A stretch of 53,006 nt of DNA from an uncultured Clostridia bacterium (GTDB lineage Bacteria; Bacillota; Clostridia; Oscillospirales; Acutalibacteraceae): positions 1 through 53,006 of the forward strand of contig CALDOU010000034.1 in NCBI GenBank assembly GCA_937912175.1, read 5' to 3'. The position numbers and the translations under genes are program-made. Of this stretch, positions 46,890 to 53,006 are shown one piece after another; position 1 is the stretch's first letter, and each line of letters opens with the position of its first letter. The notes beneath the pieces were generated by a model. That model was given only the letters and a program-made list of their open reading frames with translations. It had not been told where the DNA came from and searched no databases.

Positions 46890-48059
46890 GTGGCAAATGT
46901 GTCGCTTCAAAGAGCTAAAAAAGCAAAATCTGATGAATTTTATACTCAGCTTTCTGACATTGAAAACGAACTTATGCATTATAAAGAGCAATTCCGTGGG
47001 AAAACCGTTTTTTGCAATTGCGACAATCCTTTTGAGTCAAATTTTTTTAAGTATTTTGCTATGAATTTTAACCATCTGGGGCTTAAAAAACTGATTACCA
47101 CCTGCTATAAAAACTCCCCGATAGCCAACACTCAGTTGTCTTTATTTGATAATGAAAGCGCTGAAAACAAAACCACAAAATTTCCGCATAAAATTGTAAT
47201 TAATAAAGTTGAAGATTATAACCACGATAATAAAGAAGATATGGCAGACGTTGAATGGCTTTTACGGAACAAAAAGAATGTTTTGACTCGTTTGGAAGGC
47301 GACGGCGATTTTCGCTCCGAGGAATGTATAGAGCTGTTAAAAGAAGCCGATATCGTGGTAACTAACCCACCATTTTCGCTGTTCAGAGAATACGTTGCAC
47401 AGCTAATGAAATATAAAAAGAAGTTTTTAATCATAGGCAACGTAAATGCACTTACATATAAAGAAATTTTCCCATTGATAAAAAACAATAAAGTTTGGAC
47501 AGGATATAAATTTAATGGGAAACCCATGATTTTCTACGTCCCCTATGATTATGAATTAAGAGGAAGCGTAAATGGTATAGACCCTATAACCGGAAGAAAA
47601 TTTATTGGAGTAGGTGGGACTTGTTGGCTTACAAATCTTGACATAAAAAAGCGGCACGAAAATTTAACTTTATATAAAAGATATACGCCTGAAGAATACC
47701 CAAAATACGACAATTATGATGCAATTAATGTGGATAAGACTTCTGATATACCATACGACTATACCGGCGCAATGGGAGTCCCAATTACTTTTATTGATAA
47801 ATACAATCCTGAGCAGTTTGAGATTGTTGCACTAGGTATTATTGGTAGTATAAATTTTTTATGTGAAAAGAAAATGGAGATATTGAAAAACGGAAAGCCA
47901 ACAGGGAAATTTACAATGAATGCTAAAGGAACTCTGTATAAGAAATATAACCCCAAAATTGATAAAAAACCGCCTGCGTTTAAAGATTTAAAAACCGGTC
48001 AACTATATTCCAGTATTTATGCACGCATAATAATCAAAAGGATAGGTGATGCGCAATGA
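46890..48059 (+). CDS. EcoRI-methylase-family N6-adenine DNA methyltransferase
   Basis: N-terminal KSDEFYTQLSDIE..L..YKEQFRGKTVFCNCDNPFESNFFKYF...LGLKKL, as I recall for EcoRI_methylase (PF13651)-type proteins. Catalytic NPPF (VVTNPPFS, nt 47364-47375). GTG start 5 nt after AGAGGTGGA. Confidence 0.85.
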   Translation: MANVSLQRAKKAKSDEFYTQLSDIENELMHYKEQFRGKTVFCNCDNPFESNFFKYFAMNFNHLGLKKLITTCYKNSPIANTQLSLFDNESAENKTTKFPHKIVINKVEDYNHDNKEDMADVEWLLRNKKNVLTRLEGDGDFRSEECIELLKEADIVVTNPPFSLFREYVAQLMKYKKKFLIIGNVNALTYKEIFPLIKNNKVWTGYKFNGKPMIFYVPYDYELRGSVNGIDPITGRKFIGVGGTCWLTNLDIKKRHENLTLYKRYTPEEYPKYDNYDAINVDKTSDIPYDYTGAMGVPITFIDKYNPEQFEIVALGIIGSINFLCEKKMEILKNGKPTGKFTMNAKGTLYKKYNPKIDKKPPAFKDLKTGQLYSSIYARIIIKRIGDAQ

Positions 48060-49150
48060 AAATTAAACTTAAAGCAATAAAGATAGGCGATGTGGCAAAA
48101 AATTACGTTGACAATGCGGAAGAAGGCGTCAGGGGATATGACGGTAAATTAAATATTCGCCCTGCATATCAGCGCGAATTTGTTTATAATACCAAAAAAC
48201 GTAATGCCGTTATTGACTCTATACGCAAAAATTATCCGCTTAATGTTATGTATTGGGCAAAAAACAGCGACGGAACATTCGAAATAATTGATGGTCAACA
48301 GCGTACCATAAGTTTTTGCCAGTATGTTTCCGGTGATTTTTCGATAGATATCGACGGTAACGCCATGGCGTTTCACAATCTTACCAAAACAGATCAAGAA
48401 CAAATTTTAAATTATGAACTTATGGTTTATTTTTGTGAGGGCAACGATAAAGAAAAACTTGATTGGTTTAAAATTATTAATATTGCGGGAGTCGTATTTT
48501 CTGATCAAGAATTAAGAAATGCAGTATATACAGGTCCTTGGCTTGCCGATGCTAAGATAAAATTCAGTAAAACAGGGTGCCCTGCATACAATCTTTCCAA
48601 TAAATATGTAAGAGGTTCAACTATCAGGCAAGAAATACTCGAAAAAGCCTTGGAATGGATTTCGGACGGTAATATAGACGAGTATATGTCTAAACATCAA
48701 AATGATCCCAACGCTAATGAACTTTGGATCTACTTTAGAAATGTTATACAGTGGGTTAAATTAACCTTTCCTTACTATCGGAGAGAAATGAAAGGTATAG
48801 ATTGGCATATTTTATATAATAAATATAAAGACGACATACTTGATTCCGATGAATTGGAAGCTCGCATTAATAACCTTATGATGGACGATGATGTTACAAA
48901 AAAATCAGGGATTTATTATTATGTACTTACCGGCGAAGAAAAATATTTAAGCATACGCTCATTTACCGAAAGCCAAAAAAGAGAAGCCTTTGAACGTCAG
49001 CAACATAAGTGTGCAAGATGCGGCGATACTTTTGAACTAAATCAAATGGAAGCCGACCATATAACCCCTTGGTGTGAAGGTGGAAAAACTCTTCCCGAAA
49101 ATTGCCAAATGCTTTGTAAAAGTTGTAATAGGCATAAGAGTAATAAATAA
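48056..49150 (+). CDS. DUF262 (ParB/Srx-like NTPase, DGQQR) domain fused to a Cys4 HNH endonuclease domain
   Basis: RPAYQREFVY and IIDGQQRT (nt 48290-48304). C-terminal CARCG...ADHITPW..GG....NCQMLCKSCNRHKSN (His codon at 49058-49060). ATGA overlap with the MTase stop. Confidence 0.85.
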   Translation: MKIKLKAIKIGDVAKNYVDNAEEGVRGYDGKLNIRPAYQREFVYNTKKRNAVIDSIRKNYPLNVMYWAKNSDGTFEIIDGQQRTISFCQYVSGDFSIDIDGNAMAFHNLTKTDQEQILNYELMVYFCEGNDKEKLDWFKIINIAGVVFSDQELRNAVYTGPWLADAKIKFSKTGCPAYNLSNKYVRGSTIRQEILEKALEWISDGNIDEYMSKHQNDPNANELWIYFRNVIQWVKLTFPYYRREMKGIDWHILYNKYKDDILDSDELEARINNLMMDDDVTKKSGIYYYVLTGEEKYLSIRSFTESQKREAFERQQHKCARCGDTFELNQMEADHITPWCEGGKTLPENCQMLCKSCNRHKSNK

Positions 49151-49292
49151 ATGTTATAGTGTTTTGTATTATTGATATTTTAATAAACGTGTTAACGAAT
49201 TAAATACGAAGCTTCTTATCAATAAAATTATTGTGAGTGGGTTAATATACATTTTATTTGGGATTGATTTTTTAAAAATTTGTATAGAAAAA

Positions 49293-49326
49293 CCGCTCGA
49301 ATAAGCTCTTGGGCTTATCTAAGCGG
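49293..49326 (-). terminator. Rho-independent terminator downstream of tRNA-fMet
   Basis: Imperfect hairpin ccgct.gaataagc / gcttat.ctaagcgg. The minus strand continues with tttttc. Confidence 0.5.
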
Positions 49327-49334
49327 ACTGTATT

Positions 49335-49411
<77 letters not shown>

Positions 49412-49436
49412 ATGTGTAATTCATCTATTGATTATT

Positions 49437-49465
49437 ATTTTAATACACTTAAAAATAAATGTCAA
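49437..49465 (-). promoter_or_regulatory. Sigma-A promoter for tRNA-fMet
   Basis: Minus strand TTGACA (49465-49460), 17-nt spacer, TAAAAT (49442-49437). Confidence 0.55.
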
Positions 49466-49863
49466 TAGGAAAATGAAATAAAATTTTCACTTATTTTTTT
49501 AACAAAAACCTATTGCAAATAATATTTAAATAATGTTATACTAACATACGTTGAAATTTTATATAGATTTGAAACTTATTTTTAATGTTCCTTAAATATT
49601 TATATTTTGTTTCAATTTTTACTTTAAAGTCATTCAATATAATTAATTTAACCAAATGTTTTAAACCGCGTAGTGGTTTATGAGAAAAAATTTCTTAAAT
49701 CAAATTATTCAAATTAAATATTTCATAATTAATTATATTGTTTTTTTGATTTATGGTATAATATTAGTAAATTGAAAAAATTATGGCGATGTTAAAATAT
49801 ATTGTATATCAGTATGTTTTTGAAATTATTTTTTAATTTTATTTAGGAGTGTGTTGTTAACTT

Positions 49864-50589
49864 ATGGCAGAAACAGGACTTATTTATGTGACGGACGATG
49901 AACCAAATATTAGAAAGCTCACTTCGTTGGCGCTTAAAGATTATGGATTTGAAACGCAAGAATTTTCCAATGGCGAAGACCTTTTGAAAGCCGTTCAACG
50001 TCGTATTCCCGATGCTATTGTTTTGGATTGGGTTATGCCTGCTCCGGATGGATTAAGTGTTTGCGGAAGATTAAAATTGGATAAGGATACTCGTTCAATC
50101 CCGATTATTCTTTTAACAGCTCGTAATGATGAGGTTGATTGTGTATTGGGTCTTGAAATGGGAGCCGATGATTATATTACAAAACCGTTTAGCTTGAAAG
50201 AATTATGTGCACGTGTTAAAGCTGTAATTCGCAGAACAGAGTATTCAAACATGGTAAATACAAATAATGACGTATTGATTTGTGGTGAACTCACTGTAAA
50301 TTTAGCCAGAAGAACTGTATTAAAAAATGGAAAACCGCTTGATTTAACAATGAAAGAATTTGATTTATTATCTTCGTTAATGCTTAGTAAAGGAAGAGTA
50401 TTAACAAGAGATCAATTAATGGAAAAAGTTTGGGATGTGGAATTTTGTGGAGATGCAAGAACTGTTGACGTACATATAAGATATTTGCGTCAAAAAATTG
50501 AAGATGAATCTGAAAACCCAAAATATATTTTAACTGTAAGAGGTGTTGGATACAGATTTGCCTCGGAAGAAGAATTAAAAAATAATTAA
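49864..50589 (+). CDS. OmpR/PhoB-family response regulator
   Basis: Receiver domain (DDEP, LDWVMPAPDG phospho-Asp, LLTAR, KPF) plus a winged-helix (LTMKEFDLLSSL, VDVHIRYLRQKIE, RGVGYRF). Confidence 0.93.
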   Translation: MAETGLIYVTDDEPNIRKLTSLALKDYGFETQEFSNGEDLLKAVQRRIPDAIVLDWVMPAPDGLSVCGRLKLDKDTRSIPIILLTARNDEVDCVLGLEMGADDYITKPFSLKELCARVKAVIRRTEYSNMVNTNNDVLICGELTVNLARRTVLKNGKPLDLTMKEFDLLSSLMLSKGRVLTRDQLMEKVWDVEFCGDARTVDVHIRYLRQKIEDESENPKYILTVRGVGYRFASEEELKNN

Positions 50590-50648
50590 AACCTTCATTA
50601 AAAAATTATTAAAAGGGGGATCGAGAGCTTATAACATTTAACAAATGT

Positions 50649-51365
50649 TTGAAGCTGTATAATATGGATAACTCTAATAGTAAATTAAGTAAAAAAATAA
50701 TTGAAATAGTTCATGATTTGAAAACCCCTATAACCTCTATAATAGGGTTTGCCGAACTTCTTCAAAAAGGAGGTCACAGCGAAGAATCAACTAAAGAATT
50801 TTATGATATCATCGCTTTTGAGGCAAACAGATTACTCAAGCAAGTAAATGACATGCTTTATATGGCAAAAAACAGAACCGAAGAAGAGAGTTCTTCTAAC
50901 CAAAAATGTAATTTAAGTATAGAAATTCACAAATATGTGAAAGAGCTATCACCTTTGGCTAACGATCGTAATATAACTATTGATATTAAAGCAAATTCAG
51001 AAAATATTTATGTTTGTATACCTGAAAATAAAATTGCACGTATACTTACCAATATAATAGAAAATGCTATAAAGTATAATAAGAAAAACGGTAATATATA
51101 TATAGACGTTTCGGAAAAATCCGGAATGGTTAATATTGCGATAAGAGATACCGGAATAGGCATAGCTCAAGATGAATTGGATAAAATATTTGATAAATAT
51201 TACAGATCCAACTCAATAAAGAGTTTGAATGTTGAAGGTTCAGGTTTAGGATTGGCTATAGCCCGAGATTTGGTTGAATCTTACGGTGGAAGCATAAAGG
51301 TAAAAAGTGAATTGGGAAAAAGCACAGAGTTTATAATATCTTTTCCCTCATCAAAAATTAATTAA
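50649..51365 (+). CDS. Histidine kinase catalytic core only (HisKA + HATPase_c, no TM/sensor/HAMP)
   Basis: H-box IVHDLKTPITSI begins about 20 aa from the N-terminus. N-box NIIENAIKYN, G1 RDTGIGI, F-box IFDKYYR, G2 GSGLGLAIA. The start is ambiguous (TTG 50649 or ATG 50664, neither with an SD). Confidence 0.8.
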   Translation: MKLYNMDNSNSKLSKKIIEIVHDLKTPITSIIGFAELLQKGGHSEESTKEFYDIIAFEANRLLKQVNDMLYMAKNRTEEESSSNQKCNLSIEIHKYVKELSPLANDRNITIDIKANSENIYVCIPENKIARILTNIIENAIKYNKKNGNIYIDVSEKSGMVNIAIRDTGIGIAQDELDKIFDKYYRSNSIKSLNVEGSGLGLAIARDLVESYGGSIKVKSELGKSTEFIISFPSSKIN

Positions 51366-51437
51366 TAATTATAGTGAAAATGGAGGAATTACAATTAAAT
51401 TTTTGAAATTCTGAAAATTTAATTGTAATTTTATTTT

Positions 51438-52109
51438 ATGGAAAAGAACAAATTGTTTTATAATAATTTTTTGGATTTAAATCATACTCTGGCGTATAAA
51501 ATTTTTGATAAAATAAATTATACGTGGGAAGTAATACCATTAATTAAAGATTTTATAATAGAAATAGGTAAATCTTTGCCGAATGATGCTTTTGAAGAAG
51601 TTAAAGAAAATGTATGGGTTTCCAAAAAGTCTAAAATTTGTAATACAGCATATATTGATGGACCTACCATAATAGATGAAAATGCGGATATCCGCCACTG
51701 TGCTTTTATAAGAGGTGGAGTTATTATAGGCAAAGATTGTGTTGTTGGAAATTCAACGGAAATAAAGAACGCCATATTGTTTGACAATGTGCAAGTACCG
51801 CATTTTAATTATGTGGGAGATTCTGTTTTAGGCTATAAAGCTCATCTTGGTGCCGGAGCAATAATTTCAAATGTTAAATCCGATAAATCAAACGTTACTG
51901 TGAAATTTGAAGATGAAAAAATAGAAACCGGTCTTAGAAAATTTGGAGCTGTTTTAGGCGATTATGTGGAAGTAGGATGTAATTCGGTTATTAATCCCGG
52001 AACATTAATTGGGCGAAATTCCAATATATATCCGACTTCTATGGTTAGGGGAGTAATCGGTGAAAAAATGATATTTAAAAAACCCGGCCAAATAATCCCC
52101 AAAATATAA
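51438..52109 (+). CDS. Left-handed beta-helix (hexapeptide-repeat) protein, GlmU C-terminal/acyltransferase-like
   Basis: Tandem hexapeptide pattern (IRHCAFIRGGVIIGKDCVVGNSTEIKNAILFDNVQV...GDSVLGYKAHLGAGAIISN...GDYVEVGCNSVINPGTLIG). No obvious SD. Confidence 0.7.
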   Translation: MEKNKLFYNNFLDLNHTLAYKIFDKINYTWEVIPLIKDFIIEIGKSLPNDAFEEVKENVWVSKKSKICNTAYIDGPTIIDENADIRHCAFIRGGVIIGKDCVVGNSTEIKNAILFDNVQVPHFNYVGDSVLGYKAHLGAGAIISNVKSDKSNVTVKFEDEKIETGLRKFGAVLGDYVEVGCNSVINPGTLIGRNSNIYPTSMVRGVIGEKMIFKKPGQIIPKI

Positions 52110-52277
52110 TTTTCTAATATAATATTAATTATAAGATCAGACAACTGGGCATTTTACAGTTATCTGATTTTTATTACATTAAATTACTTTGAAAAATAAA
52201 TTTGAAAAGAACAACATTGTAAAAGAAAAAAACATGCAATTGTTTATTTGAATTTTAGATAAAAACATGTAATAAAA

Positions 52278-52297
52278 CCGCACGGTTAACCGTGCGG
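52278..52297. terminator. Bidirectional terminator hairpin (ccgcacgg ttaa ccgtgcgg)
   Basis: Perfect 8-bp GC-rich stem. A T-run follows on the + strand, and ttttatt follows on the - strand after the asparaginase stop. Confidence 0.7.
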
Positions 52298-52305
52298 CCA
52301 ATTTT

Positions 52306-53006
52306 TTAATATTTTTGAAAAATTTCTTGGATTTCCCTCAAATTTTTTGTTTTCGTTAAAGCTAAAGAAAGCAATATTCTTGCTTTTTGTGGAGAAAGAT
52401 TTACGGAATATATTCCTTTTTCCGGAATTTCGTCGTTATCATAGGTAACTAATCCATTTCCAATTCGCGAACTGCGTACTACCGGAATACCGGATTTTAT
52501 TATTTGTTTTATTTTTTCATTCCAGATTGTGCTGCTTCCGCCGCAACCCGCTCCGGAAAGAACTATTCCGTCACAGTTTTTTGATGCGTGCTCTAAGGCA
52601 TCTATATCAGCATCAATACAAAAGGTAACTATATCCACTCGTGGCATGTTGTCGGTTGTTATATTGTCAATATTAAACTCACTTTTGGTAGTATGCAATT
52701 TTGTGGAACAATTAAAGAAAAATGCTTTGTCATCTCGCATATATCCCAAACAACCTAAATCTTTTTGACTGAATGCGTCTGTTTTAAAAGTGTTTACTTT
52801 GGTAACGTCTCTGGAACCGTATATTCCGTCGGAAAACACTACTAAAATGCCTTTACCTTTGGCGTTATCGTTTTTTGCCAACGCCACTGCTTGATATAAA
52901 TTGAGTGGTCCGTCAGCGCTTGTGGCTGTACTTGGACGCATTGAACCCGTGAGTATTACCGGTTTATCGGTTTTTAATACAAGGTTTAAAAAATAAGCGG
53001 TTTCTT
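52306..53006 (-). CDS. ansB: Type II L-asparaginase (AnsB-like), 5' end beyond the window edge
   Basis: The frame stays open to the window end: ETAYFLNLVLKTDKPVILTGSMRPSTATSADGPLNLYQAV. The C-terminus LSPQKARILLSLALTKTKNLREIQEIFQKY matches the AnsB tail. Confidence 0.9.
   Translation of the reverse strand, partial: ETAYFLNLVLKTDKPVILTGSMRPSTATSADGPLNLYQAVALAKNDNAKGKGILVVFSDGIYGSRDVTKVNTFKTDAFSQKDLGCLGYMRDDKAFFFNCSTKLHTTKSEFNIDNITTDNMPRVDIVTFCIDADIDALEHASKNCDGIVLSGAGCGGSSTIWNEKIKQIIKSGIPVVRSSRIGNGLVTYDNDEIPEKGIYSVNLSPQKARILLSLALTKTKNLREIQEIFQKY

Noticed and set aside
46578-49334. att-like direct repeats or a duplicated tRNA-fMet 3' end flanking the MTase/nuclease cassette.
   Set aside because: Only short AT-rich matches (e.g. 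ttatcaata) and a 7-nt aggtgga match were found, which is not above chance in this composition. No integrase is present.
49412-49863. A 450-nt ORF-free AT-rich region upstream of the response regulator. It has two plus-strand promoter-like elements (TTGCAA-18-TATACT near 49513-49542; TGgTATAAT near 49756-49766) and a 17-codon uORF (49783-49836).
   Set aside because: I found no conserved structure, terminator/antiterminator pair, or SD for the uORF. Promoter-like hexamers are frequent by chance in AT-rich DNA. Worth an RNA-seq look only.

Overview
This window is about 53 kb of a low-GC (roughly 30% by eye), spore-forming Firmicute chromosome that looks Clostridia-like. The spoIIP, ireB, cdaA-cdaR and nusB-xseAB-ispA-dxs syntenies support that placement. 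Most of it is housekeeping:
- MEP/isoprenoid genes: ispE, ispF, ispA, dxs.
- Core functions: metG, tatD, nusB, xseAB, rarA, queH, aroQ, rpsU, murC, ndk, rsmA, rdgB.
- Three tRNAs: Asn-GUU, Glu-CUC and initiator Met.

The accessory or unusual content is:
1. A translationally coupled two-gene cassette with its own near-consensus promoter, sitting between rdgB and tRNA-fMet. It encodes an EcoRI-family N6-adenine methyltransferase and a DUF262 (ParB/Srx-like, DGQQR)-HNH nuclease. This is my best candidate for an uncharacterised restriction/defence-type system.
2. A ~9 kb Wzx/Wzy-type glycopolymer locus with tarI-tarJ (CDP-ribitol) and licD. It runs without visible terminators into an FHA-domain::SEDS (FtsW/RodA) fusion and a class-B PBP.
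3. An atypical Hsp100/Clp-like double AAA+ protein with a signal-anchor-like N-terminus and a degenerate second ATPase site.
4. A single-repeat (3-TM) PnuC-like membrane protein 12 nt upstream of queH.
5. A Cys-rich repeat surface protein with an LPXTG-like anchor.
6. A probable frameshift separating a signal anchor from a papain-fold peptidase-like domain.
7. A sensor-less histidine kinase.
8. An unannotated 35-codon Asn-rich ORF.

I saw no CRISPR array, transposase, integrase or rRNA. All calls come from reading motifs by eye. No database search was run.
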